A stretch of DNA of 62,613 nt, the filler included, from Choristocarpus tenellus KU-1152 (lineage: Eukaryota > Protista > Phaeophyceae): the NCBI GenBank assembly GCA_964200185.2. It is 7 parts of 7 records of this genome, joined end to end, with 100 filler letters (N's around TTAATTAATTAA, not from the genome) between each part and the next. Parts side by side here need not be neighbours in the genome. Positions count along the whole stretch, not along the records: positions 30,276 to 40,709 come from CAXNAD020002933.1; positions 40,810 to 45,405 come from CAXNAD020013857.1; positions 45,506 to 55,883 come from CAXNAD020002966.1; 4 more parts are not named here. One strand, given 5' to 3'. Position numbers and translations under genes: made by a program. Shown piece after piece: positions 39,563 to 51,077 of the stretch (positions are counted from its first letter, which is position 1; every line of letters begins with the position of its first letter). A model generated the notes under the pieces. That model was not told the origin of the DNA and did not search any database. It saw nothing but the letters and a program-made list of their open reading frames with translations.

Positions 39563-40709
39563 GTGAGCTTATGGATGCTGCCCGCCCCCCTCCCCAACCC
39601 GCCTCAACCCGCCTCAACCCTCTGTCCCAGCAGCCCCTTCCCAGCCCCTTGCCAGTCTCGCAAGCAGTCTTGTCTAGCATGTGCGGTGTTATACGGTGAC
39701 GACATTGGCTTCCTCTTTCCTTTCACCCTCTATCAAGCAAACATTGCCAACCTGTGTCGATGGTCTTGTAAGGAGATTGTACCTACTGCTGGATGGTCAT
39801 CTTCGTGTTCGTTAGCCTCGAGGGGGAGGGGCTGCAACGACGCAGGGATAGTTTTTTTGTAGGTCTTTGGATGCGGCGGGTGACTTCTATTGCCTCCTTA
39901 GCTCTCTTTCCTGCAGCTTTGCTTTCCCCAGCCCGTATGCGCGATTCATTGTAGTCACTACGCCGCACCCCCATCCGTATCTTTCCTCGTAGACGTACTG
40001 ATCATGCAGAGACCTGAATTGACCACAGGGTGATGCGTGCACTTGCTTCTATATTTTTTTATATGCCCACAGTGCTGTGCATCTGCTTATTGGTTAGTTT
40101 GAGACTGCAGTGTACGAGGCCATCGCCATAGTATTTTTATATAGATATATATATATAGATATATATAGATACTAGGGAGTCATGTGTCAGTATTTTGTTA
40201 TCAGCTTTGTGACGGTCATTCCACGTACTTGCGTTTTTCAAGGCAAATGGGTGTGTTCATGTTTGTTGCCGACAACTGAACAAATCCATTCCTTTCATCA
40301 GTGTTGTGTTTTCTGTTGGCCAGGTTTCAAGGGCTCGACCACGGAGGGAGGTGGGCTGCTGTATAGTTCCGACTGCCGGCATGAAACTTTTGACCTCATG
40401 TTTTGGGATGACTGCTTGCGTTACCTGCCAGGACGTTTAAGGAAACTACTCTGTACGGGTTGTACACCACGTTGGTGTTGCCTAAGTGAACTGAAACTAC
40501 TTAACAGCAGTATGAGTAGAGCCAACGCTGTACCCAACAAATTACATGTTAAACATGAGCCGGCATAATGCTCAGAACAGTATCTAAACCTCGTAGAGTT
40601 CTTGCCCCCCCCCCCTCCCCCCCCACCCCCCCACCCCTTGATTCCACCCAACCGTCACTGCACTCATCTATAGGGACATTGTTGCAGTTGATACTACCTC
40701 TTTACCACT

Positions 40710-40809
40710 NNNNNNNNNNNNNNNNNNNNNNNNNNNNNNNNNNNNNNNNNNNNTTAATTAATTAANNNNNNNNNNNNNNNNNNNNNNNNNNNNNNNNNNN
40801 NNNNNNNNN
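40710..40809. other. Artificial contig linker
   Basis: N44-TTAATTAATTAA-N44. Confidence 0.97.
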
Positions 40810-40855
40810 GCATATATAAATTTATATAACCTTTCACAATTGCACGTCAGAAAAA

Positions 40856-41033
40856 GACCCAAAGTATCTGGGGGGGGGGGGGATCTACACCAGAGTGTCC
40901 GTTTGGACGAAAACTAGGAAAAGTGCACTATCATTATCCATCCAACGTATGGAACCAAATCACCTAAAAATCGCGACATGAAAAAATTGGCCCCAAATGG
41001 ACAGCCGCCACACCTCCCCAGATACTTTGAGCC
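40856..41033. mobile_element. MITE family B, copy 2
   Basis: GACCCAAAGTATCTGGGG ... CCCCAGATACTTTGAGCC. Flanks AAA/AAA. Confidence 0.9.
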
Positions 41034-41329
41034 AAAGACAGATCAAGTCCCATACGCCCACCAGCAACACATATATACCACTAGCATCAGTACCAAGGAG
41101 GGTATCCTGGGCCAAGACCCATACTCAACCCTAAGCTCTGCGATGTCTTCGGCAACTATGACGACTTTCATACGGTGAGCTGCTGCTGGTTCGATCTTCC
41201 TAATATGCCAGAGATCCAAGGCGTGCATGACTCCATCCTCTGCACATCTGCATCATCTGTTTGGGTAATCTGGAAGTAAACCACTTCACCCTTCAGCTGG
41301 GGCATTGAAATACTCAAGGTAATCTTGGA

Positions 41330-41890
41330 CGCACTATCACAACTTCCCTCTTGCCTTCTCTCCTTCTCCTTCTGTTTTTTAGCTCCAATTTTCCCAAATA
41401 TCAAGTTCTTGGGCAACCGACCATTGACAATGCGCATAACAAACCCGCAAACAGCAGCCTCCGTTTGTGTATTGTTGCCTTGATGCTCTGACATCCAGTT
41501 CTCACTGGTAGCGATTCTTTAACGACAAGCGGGATCCCGTACATTTCCGTCCACGAACCTCGATGAAGCACTGGAGGAGCTTCAGTCCTTAATACGCACC
41601 TGAGTGTAGTGGTCTACCTTGAGTGTCCATCTCATACAACCATACACCAGAACCTTGGACACTTCAGCCTTGAATGCCTGAATATTCAGATCAAGTGATG
41701 AATCAACCGCTCAAGTCCTGAAGAGCTTTTCACTGTATTTCTTGAAATGCCCCCATGCTTGTTAGATCCGGGGTTTGCGAATCTCCTCGATGATATCAGC
41801 ACCATTAACAATTGAGTCTCCAAAATAGACCAACTCATCAGTCTGCCTACATGATACCTTTGAACCTACAGCCTTGACTTGATCGTTTCC
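41330..41890 (-). mobile_element. Decayed RTE-clade LINE, 3' part of the ORF
   Basis: QTDELVYFGDSI..GADIIEEIR..I*QAWGHFKKYS..LF...LNIQAFKAEV, then GFVMRIVNGRLPKNLIFG, which are typical RTE post-RT blocks. Confidence 0.75.
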
Positions 41891-41944
41891 TCTACTGACT
41901 TCTGGGGGATATGGAGGCACACTGGTATTTATTATTGTACTTTG

Positions 41945-42202
41945 GAGTGAAAGTATCTTAGAGGGTACGAGTTTTGCCATGTTTGTCCATTTAGGGCTTG
42001 CCTTCCCATGGGGTTTTTTATTACATTTTTCTACTCCAAAATGTTTCAAAATAGGTAAAATGTGTACCTTATGAAAAGGTGTGCTCGGAACAAGAATATT
42101 GACACTTCCTAACAAACACGATAGCAAAAGCTAAATCAAAACGCAACATTGGGTTGTGACCCCAAAATGGACGCGACTCTACCCTCTAAGATACTTTGAC
42201 TC
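41945..42202. mobile_element. MITE family A, copy 4
   Basis: GAGTGAAAGTATCTTAGAGGGTA ... TACCCTCTAAGATACTTTGACTC. 3-bp duplication TTG/TTG. Confidence 0.93.
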
Positions 42203-43030
42203 TTGAGTATATAGTTATTCAAGTGTTGCCTTTTTGTGACTCAGGTTAATTCAGGCTGTTTCCTGGATGAATTTTATGGGTTATCCCAATGACAATTTCT
42301 CATGGAATTTACGTTTCGGTGATCCAATTCCATGTGGAGAAGGACTACAGATGACAAGCCTGTGCCATCCACCGTCACTACACCACAGCATCACCCAACC
42401 AAGAACAAGATGGCAAGGCTTATCATGGCCAAACATCGCTCCTTCGCGGGTCCAGCCTATACGATTCGAGGGTGGAGGCGTGCACAAGGAGTGAGATGAC
42501 TGAACCCAACGTGTGAGAAGCAAGTGACAAAGGCAGTACAATTAGTTATAGTGCAACAATCTGGTACAACAGAATTGGTTTGTACTCTTGCAGAGATGCT
42601 AGTATGGTACTCTTGAACGCTATCATTTTAGGTAGTTGGAGTGATAGGAACGTTTGATACTATTATTCAAAGCACATTTTTAGAGGTATTATTAGGATAT
42701 CTAAAAGATTGCCAGCGTTTACATGTCCAACATGATCTAATGTTCAAACAGAACGTAATGGTGACCACCCCCCACCACCCCCCACTCGAACTCGTCCTGT
42801 GGAAGGATGGGGTATCTTTCACCAAGTGTGTCCATCGTCATGGTTCGTATTGTACTTTTTATTGTTCTGAATAGTGCATACTCTTATTACTACTACTATT
42901 AATAATGGAACAATAAAAAAGTGTTTTCTTTGATTGTAATATTGTCAATATAGCTCTGGAGCCTTATCCGGCGCCACAGAACAGTAGATAATTATGTTTG
43001 TAAGAATGGAACCCTCCACTCTTCGCGATC

Positions 43031-43246
43031 ATGTTGAGAGCACTTGCAGTGTTGGGATGCCTCCTGCTCTCGACAGTGAGAGCACTGGTTGTGCGAACCT
43101 CCCCCCCCCCTTTCACTGGGGCACGATTATGCGGTCGAACCGGCACGAACCATGGACGATGCCATGCAGTCATGGACGGAGTGAGCATGACTATTTTCAA
43201 TGAGGAAGGGAGTGGGAGTAGTGTCTCTCGAAGGGGTTGGCTACAG
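43031..43246 (+). CDS. First exon of a probable plastid/thylakoid-lumen protein (signal peptide, transit peptide, twin-arginine motif)
   Basis: MLRALAVLGCLLLSTVRA|LV..., an R/S/T-rich transit-like segment, then VSRRGWLQ and the donor CAG|GTATGG. The ATG context is ATCATG. Confidence 0.6.
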
Positions 43247-45292
43247 GTATGGCACGTTCCTATAGATGTTCGAAAATTATGATTGTTTGTAATGTTTTTG
43301 TCAAAGGAGGCTCTTTTTTTGTCATGTTTATCAAACATGACCACTTTTAGAGTTGTACGTACACGATTCGTTTTCCTGTCCAAAGTCCAACTCAATTTCG
43401 TCCATCCCATAGCTTTCGCTGCTCTGTAGGTGGGCAACTCGTTGTGATATGCAAGCACTATATATTGCTGAAAAAATTCGCTTCGAGAGGATAGCAAATT
43501 GAACGTATTGTGAAGACGAAATATAATTACGCTAGGAAAATGCCTATCAACGCTCTTGGGGATACTCCTCTCATGCCGCATTAAATCTTGATTGCTTGTA
43601 GTAGCGTTGGCTCTCGTTATCGGCAGTGAAGAGGCTTAATCTGCTATTTCCCCACCTATGAACCAACTCACTTCTATTGTCACCCTACGTGGTGGTGACT
43701 CTCAAATTGAACTTTTTATATACGCTCAAGTCCATCGTCCATATTCACCTTCGCTGGAATGGGATGTACCCGTAGGAGACAGATCTGGTCTTACTATTTG
43801 GTGATGAATACAGCAAGAGATGACCCCTCGCCCTTCTCTTACCAACTGTATCCTCATTGTTCACAAGGCCTCTTTATCCTATCCTTTGCCCTTGTCCCAA
43901 CAGTAGTGAAATTGGCACCATATCTGCGTGCTTAAGGGTCAAAGGGTCCATTACGTTGTCCAATAGATAGCAATAGATAAAGGAAGTTAGAAGAGGTAAA
44001 TTATTGGGCTTGGGCTCTCCTTGAGGGACCTGAACCGGTCACAACGTGTACGACCATGTCGGAGAGAGAGAGAGAGAGGTGGGAGGTGTTGGGAGTCGAG
44101 AATGCGTAGCGCAGTCTGTAGGAACTTGTCGGTCAAGGAGGAGAGAGTCAATGACAGTGGCGTCCTATTCTAACACTATGCTTGCAACCGACTATATCAA
44201 GGCCCTGTGGTCATTCTCTGGTCTGTCTCTGTATCCCCTCACAGACACAGATGTGACCCTGTTTGCAACTTGAGCATCTTGCATGGGCAATAAATAATTA
44301 ATCTACAATCAACTAGCATGAGAAATGCCTGAGGTCGTCTGTTGGATATGTTTGAGAACACAAACAAGGACTGGCCGATGAGAAGGCTCCATTGATTTAA
44401 AGTCCTTTTGTGATTTGATTGCCATACCTCGTCATTGTATACTGTGTGGTGTTTCCCTTGTTAGCACTGGGCCTTATACCTGCCAAGCATTGAGAAGCAC
44501 ATAATATGCAGAACACGGCTGGAGTTGTAGAATACACATACATATATATATATATATTTGGAAAGCACAAGAAGCGGATCAACATGGTAGGCATGCGGGA
44601 ACAAAGCTCAGGCAAGAGCAATGGTGTAGAGCCAGGGCAAGATGCATAAACAAAAAACGTCAGTGCAGGAGGCGCGAACGCAACTTGCGAGGCCGAGAGG
44701 TTGGTACTGCAAAGAAGAGTCGCCAGTGGAAAACACATAGAGCCGGTTAGAGCCAGTCATCCTAAAGGTTATTGCTGTTTAGTTGGCTTGCAAATTTTGC
44801 ACAAGTATGAACCGTCCCGACCCCACCTAAAGAAAACATATGTACGTATGTGTGTGTGCACGTATTGAAGCAAGAGTCGATGCGAGCAGACGAAGGTAGG
44901 AGAAGAGCCGGTCGTAGTGGACGGACAGACAGGCAACAAAGAGGTGCGGATGCTCTGCACCTTGCTATTGTAATCTCACGGTGCATGGGGTGAGCGGGAG
45001 GCGTTGCTGGCGTAGCGCACGACGAGCCCAGTGTTCCTTTATTTCGTGAATCATGGTAGGAGCGGAGTGTTGCCTTGCAGCGAGCGCGCAGGCCTGCCTC
45101 GGCTTGGAGAAGCGAAGAAGGGGTGACATGATCGGGTCGACCCTGGTGTGTGACGGAGAGGAGTCCCGTGGAAGGACCGATAAGAACCGATCGCGTACAT
45201 GATTCTCTTTTGTGTCACTTCGAGGGTATACCCTTTTGTTCCATGGCCCTTAACCGCTTTGCAATAGACGATAACGAGGCTCTCCTACCCCG

Positions 45293-45302
45293 TTCTCTAT
45301 CA

Positions 45303-45333
<31 letters not shown>

Positions 45334-45405
45334 CCTCTCTCTCTCTCTCCCTCCCTCTCTCTCTCCCTCTCTCTCTCTCTCCCTCCCTCTCTCTCTCCCT
45401 CTCTC
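45293..45405. repeat. (CT)n microsatellite at a contig end
   Basis: Imperfect CT/CCCT array running into the linker. Confidence 0.9.
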
Positions 45406-45505
45406 NNNNNNNNNNNNNNNNNNNNNNNNNNNNNNNNNNNNNNNNNNNNTTAATTAATTAANNNNNNNNNNNNNNNNNNNNNNNNNNNNNNNNNNNNNNN
45501 NNNNN
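45406..45505. other. Artificial contig linker
   Basis: N44-TTAATTAATTAA-N44. Confidence 0.97.
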
Positions 45506-45815
45506 TCTGACTTAAGTCTCCCAGAAACCTCTGCAACCCCCCTCCCCCCCCCCCCATCCAAATTTGAATTACTATTGCAAAAATGGTGCAATGTTCGCTG
45601 TTGTATGTTGTAGTATATCTGTTCCATTGTTGCTTTGTGTGCTTCCCAATGTACACAGGTCGGAATATCAACAACTATGAACCTGAGTGTACTTCTTTCG
45701 CCTCTCTTCCTCATATTTTATTTTATTTTATTTTATTCTATTGCTACTATATATTTTTATTTTATTTTATTTCATTTAAAAAAAAAAAAACGCACGTGCT
45801 TGTTTTTGACTGCAG

Positions 45816-46633
45816 GCGCCGTCAGTCAGAAGCCGGGAGATGTTCAACCATGGTGGATCCGCTATGCCTTGGTAATGTTTCAGGAGGAGAGGACCTTCGA
45901 CAGCCTTGCCTACCTCCGCAGGCTACAATCCAAGTTTGGCGAGGAGAACGAGGTGGGGGAGGAGGGGGGGGGGAGGGAGAAGGGTTTTCCATGTGTGATA
46001 AATGTCTCAGTGCCAGCAAATTATGGGCTGGGAGGGACTGTGGTGCGGTGTCTTTTTTCTTTTTTTTTCCCGGGGCAAAAGGGGAAAAATAACTCTAGAC
46101 AATCATGGGAGGCGTTTTTCTCCCAGGTGTCTTACTACTTGGACAGGTGTCATGCTCTTCATCGGTCCTCCTTCCTTGATTTTGCCTTTCTTCTAGTCAC
46201 TAAATGGGGCGTGACTAGTGGGAGATTAGGTGCTGTAGTTGAGTGTGGGGGGTGGTGCGCCTTTGGTGCCCCCGAAGCTATTTTTTTTTTGTGCAGGTGA
46301 GAAGGCATTTTAGTTTTGTGAGCTGGAGTTCTGTTTCTTTTTTTTTCTGTGTCTGTCAAACGTTGAGATACATACAGACCACTGTTCCAACTGGGGTGGG
46401 GGCAGTTGTGCGCCTGGCCTGCCTGGCCCTCCCCCGATGGAACAGTAATCATATCAATATTTGACAACACTAAAGGTCATGGGATCGAACCTTTGCCGAA
46501 CTGCTTCCACAATTCCCTACAGCAGCAGGAGGATAGATTTAGAATGCGGGAGAGGGGGGGGGGGGGGGGTGGCGAGTGTACAGNNNNNNNNNNTTCTCCC
46601 CCAGCTTCCTACGGGGGGGGGGGTGTGGTGTTG

Positions 46634-46664
<31 letters not shown>

Positions 46665-48480
46665 TGGCTAGTGTACAGGCTCAATGGAATGCACAGAGAT
46701 CGAGCTGATTTCTTGGGGAGAGTGTCCTATATGTGGGGCAATGGCCCCGTCCATTCTGCCGGCTAGGTCCATGACCTCTGATTTTGTCAAATGTAGAGAT
46801 AGTTTCTTTTCTATGTTGTCCTGGTGTTGGGTTAGGGTTAGGGTTAGGGTTAGGGTTAGTTGTCCTGGTGTGCAGTAGCCACTTCGGTCGGGTGATTCTT
46901 CTCTTTTTTTTCCTTTAAATCCTGCCTGCTGATGAGTGAGTTGATCCTCCTATAATTCAAGTTGTGTTCCTTTGCAGTTAAAAAAAAATGTGTATTGGAA
47001 CTTTTTTTTTGAAATTTTGTAATTTTAGTGTGTTGGGGTTGAATGCTGGCAGACAATGGGAGAGGAAGCAACTCTAGGCACACGGGTTAAAGCCAGCTTC
47101 TAGAATAATGCCTGATATTATGACCCCTCAGGTTAAGGCCGCCCTAACGGCTGTGTACTTTGGAAAGGGTGAACTGGGACCGGCCAAGGATACATGGCTA
47201 AGCATACCGTCTGAAGCCCGGAAGGCGTATGAGAGCGAGACCTATCTCAAAGGCCAGTTAAAGTGGCCTCCAAGGGTGAGTACTGAAATTCACACCTTGG
47301 ACAACGTAACACTCAACACTATGTGACGCCCGTATCACTGAACACTTAAACACTTGCAGCACTATGCTACATGCTCGTAACACTCCAGACCAAGTCATAC
47401 AGAAAACACTTGTACTCAGGAGCACATAACATTTATTGAAATTTTAACACAAATTGTTTAACACAGTGTTACAGGCAACACAAAGTGTTAACACAGTGTT
47501 ATAGGTGTGTTACACTGTTCAAGGTATAGTATAGTCGTTGTGCGAGCTGTGCGAAATTTTCTGATGAATTGTTGCTGCCCCTGTCAGTGTTGCTTGATCC
47601 AGCCTTCTTGCTTCTTTTAAAGGCTGTTCTTGCTCACGAAATAAGAGATACGCTTCAGAAACGATAAGAACACCCTGATAGTAGATCTTTGGAGGGTTTC
47701 ATGCATACTTCGATGGCGAGAGCAAACTGCGGTGGTAGTGCGGTAGGGATTGTTTCCTGCTGACATTTTTTGTGGTCATCTAAAGTACATTTCTTAGCTC
47801 GTTATTTGTCTGACTTTTTTTATTATTATTATGTTATTATTATGTTATTATTATTTTATTTATTTTATTTTTTATTTTTTTCATACTGAGAAATCTCGCC
47901 GTGCTCACCTGTAGGAAAGTTTGTGACGTGTATTGCGATTTTGGCAGGGAGATCTGCCGGTAATGTATCCTAGTAGACAGGAATGGAGTAGAAGTTTTTA
48001 TTGTCTTTGTCAGAAGGCGGGGGGGGGGGGGGGGGGACACTTGTTTTTTGTTGTTGATTTTCATTGGTTGAAGAGAGTTACAGGATTTCTAGGAGATGTG
48101 AAGCAGCACTCTCTGTTGCAGAGTCTCCTCGATAGCTCATAAACGGCTTTTGTAACAGCCAGTGCAGATTTTGGCACTGGTCCAACCTGGGTGACCCCAG
48201 GTGCTCCCCATGCCCAACCACAGAAGACTTGAAAATGCAACAGAGACGCAACATGGCGGGGGGTAAAGATTGGAGTAGTATATAGTGAATACTATACATG
48301 TCTTACATTTTCTTGATTACATTATTGATGCCACCTGTGTCCTTACTTGTCAATGGCTACCCATGGTGATGATCTGCCTCTAGTATTGACCCCCCCTTGC
48401 CCCCCTCCCTCTGCCTTTCCTGTCCAATTTCTGGTCAGGCGACTAAGGCCTTGCTTGAGTTTGATGGACTAGCGCTATGA
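45816..48480 (+). CDS. Last three exons of a TPR-like protein of the cyanobacterial/plastid family with a C-terminal WPP motif
   Basis: Exons 45816-45952 (PWWIRYALVMFQEERTFDSLAYLRRLQSKFGEENE), 47132-47275 (VKAALTAVYFGKGELGPAKDTW...YLKGQLKWPPR) and 48439-48480 (ATKALLEFDGLAL*). GT-AG introns with consistent phases. Resembles YALxxxQ...AALTA...W...RWPP...L..F proteins. Confidence 0.72.
46828..46858 (+). repeat. Interstitial telomeric array (GGGTTA)5 flanked by a 13-bp direct repeat
   Basis: GTTGTCCTGGTGT (46815-46827), then T(GGGTTA)5, then GTTGTCCTGGTGT (46859-46871). Confidence 0.93.
47291..47528. mobile_element. Putative MITE family C with AACAC/GTGTT-rich interior
   Basis: Inverted ends CACACCTTGGACAACGTAACAC / GTGTTACACTGTTCAAGGTATA match at 17/22 positions. 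Single copy in the window; no clear TSD. Confidence 0.45.
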
Positions 48481-49469
48481 TTCATCCATGCATCTAATAG
48501 CTATCCACAAACGATACACATGAATAGAGAAGGAAGGGTGGCATCATCTGCACAGGGATTGAGAGAGACAATGACCTGGGAATATTATCTTTTGAGAGAA
48601 GAGTTGATAAAGAGATGCAGAAGGTAGTGTACATGGGAGGTGGGATGGAGTAGAACTCCACCCTGAAATGATGAAAGATCTACACCAATCGACCTGCAGT
48701 ATGATCAAGAATAATGGAGTCAATGCTGAGGGCGAGATTTCCTGAGCAGTAGTCTTACCTTGAATGAAAAGTTTGTGGTACTTTGACTCTACTACTGTAC
48801 ATTGTACCAACTCTTCAAAACAACGAAATCCCATAGTTAGGGGTGCTGTTGATCGGTAGTATTGAGTAGGCACTGTTTTCTTATTTTCTTCTGTGGGCAG
48901 CGTTTTTTCAATGCTCAGATGATTCCTGCTTTACAATTGCTTCGTAGTCTTGTATTTGGCTACCCTGGAAGTACATCCACGGTTAGCCTTCTCACCTTAC
49001 CGTTTCTTTTCATTGCTTTGCCTCTCTCTATGAGCATAGGTATTGCCAAGAGAAAGAAGTTCACAATGGGGATTGCCAGTCTGTGTAGCTGTGCATTCAT
49101 TGTAGTCTTCACACTCTCACGCATCGTATTGTGTGTGAATATATATGTCTCTCTTTCTCTGTGCGCGCGCGCAGTGGACTGCAATGAAATGTACCAAGTA
49201 CACTTGGTACCATCCAGTCGAAGAAAACTTGTTCTATCATTCAACATGCTTCCCCCATCTCCAAGGTCTAGGATGCCCAGGGTGATTGCAGGTCAATGGG
49301 ATATCGTTTCCTTCTGTAGACTGCTAATGTTTTGTGGTAAGAAGAGGCACTACTTGGTTCTTCCTCAAAATATACCTATGATCTTTTCTCTCGAGTTTTT
49401 CGAATCATGAATCCGTTTCGAAATATGTTTCTTGCTGAATGAATGCTGGTCCAGCACGAGACCTTGCAA

Positions 49470-49770
49470 AGAGGTATATGGATGAGTGGGACAGATGCTC
49501 CGGAACGGTTAGTCAATATCTTGGGAAGTCCTTGAGCATATTTCAATGACATGACTTTTAAAGGACCATGTCAGTGGTGTACCTAATGGCCCACTGTTCA
49601 AACGTCTTATGAATCTACAACATTGACATGCCTTCTTAGGCATGGTGGAATCGCAGAAAGGTAACTCACAGAGATATAGAAGTGAGATTGAGCATGTTGG
49701 CAATTCAATTCGAGAAACAAGTGCTGGTACATCGTATCCATGAATTGCGTGAAGCCTCCTCATGACATTG
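49470..49770 (-). mobile_element. Possible Zisupton/KDZ-like (DUF6729-type) transposon relic
   Basis: RRLHAIHGYDVPALVSR and a frameshifted (F)PKILTNRSG resemble blocks of this group. Weak, by eye. Confidence 0.25.
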
Positions 49771-49876
49771 CTATCGCCTGTTGTCAAACGGACATCAGCC
49801 CTAAGTGGAAAATGAACGTCTTTCCACCTAGGTGTTTTAGGTGGAGAGTAACAAATATTATGATGTTTGTAATAAT

Positions 49877-50140
49877 GAGCCAAATTATCTTAGAGGGTAG
49901 GGCCGCGTCCATTTGGGGGCCAAACTCCAATGTTACGATTTTGATGTAATTTTGGTTATCATATTAACTAAAAAGTGTCAATATCCTTGTTCTGGACACA
50001 CTTCTTCGTAACGTATACATTTTACCTACTACTCCAAAACATTTTGGAGGAGGAATATGTAAAAAAAAAAACACGGGAAGTCAAGCCCCAAATGATGGAC
50101 AAACAGGGCAAAACTCATTTCCTCTAAGATACTTCCACTC
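49877..50140. mobile_element. MITE family A, copy 5
   Basis: GAGCCAAATTATCTTAGAGGGTA ... CCTCTAAGATACTTCCACTC. No clean 3/4-bp TSD. Confidence 0.9.
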
Positions 50141-50281
50141 ATATGTGCTAGAAATCATACCTGCCATCGCTGAGTCATACCTATAGTGGCATCACCTTGC
50201 ATGTCACATTACTGGCAGCATCCTACTCAACAAAATTCTGCTAACGGTTGAGCTCAAGACCACACCCTACTAAAACATTCT

Positions 50282-50463
50282 GATCCAAAGTATTTGGAGT
50301 GGGGAGGGAGGTCTACACCAGGGTGTCCATTTTGGCCAAAATCAGGAAAAGTGCATTTATTTACATTTTCTGACGTATGCAACCAAATCACCCAAACATC
50401 GCGACATGAAAAAATTGACCCCAAATGGACAGCCGCCACCCCCCCCCCCAGATACTTCGAGCC
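50282..50463. mobile_element. MITE family B, copy 3
   Basis: GATCCAAAGTATTTGG ... CCAGATACTTCGAGCC. 4-bp duplication TTCT/TTCT. Confidence 0.9.
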
Positions 50464-51077
50464 TTCTGAAGACTGAATCCATGACAATAACCTGAAAAAT
50501 TTAGGAAATCAGTTGTTGAGACTTATTATCGGAAAGTGAAATCATCAACAGCAGCAGGGATTCAATTCAAACAAAGAGAAATTACACCATTGTTCGTCGT
50601 AAAAGCCAATGAAAGTAGTACGAGCGTGGCGTTGGTATGAAGCACTCGTAAGATAATAGGTGCATGTCGTGATGTCACACCTGCCATCTCCTACCACTGT
50701 TGACCTACACTACAGGACAAGAGGAATATTCGGTGGAGGTTCTACAACCGTACAATATAATAGTTAAGTGAGGAGAGATGAGAGGTAGTAGTGTCTACTA
50801 AAATGTAACAAATATTATTTCAACAATTATGTATGTGTGTTGAACTACTGCTAGCAATATGGTACGAAATTCGAAGAGGTCTTTTTGGACGACGCCGTTT
50901 CAGGTTAAACGAAATCTCTGTCGCGGTTCAAACAAACTACTTAAGGTGTTCTACTCCACCAGGCATCGTGTCCGACTTTGAACCTATACGCTGAGAAGAA
51001 CGTTAGAACGATTTAGATAGTAGTTTAGGCCTCAAGAATCATTGGCTGTGGCCTTCGTACCCTCACCTTGATTCATA

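Noticed and set aside
42964-43581. 205-aa minus-strand ORF
   Set aside because: It is antisense to the more convincing signal-peptide exon and has no recognisable domain.
45040-45075. LTR end plus primer-binding site (CA|TGGTAGGAGCGG)
   Set aside because: Only a partial match to an initiator-Met PBS, with no second LTR or gag/pol evidence.
46545-46680. Duplicated poly-G-AGTGTACAG segment
   Set aside because: It flanks a 10-N scaffolding gap in poly-G tracts and is probably an unmerged assembly overlap.
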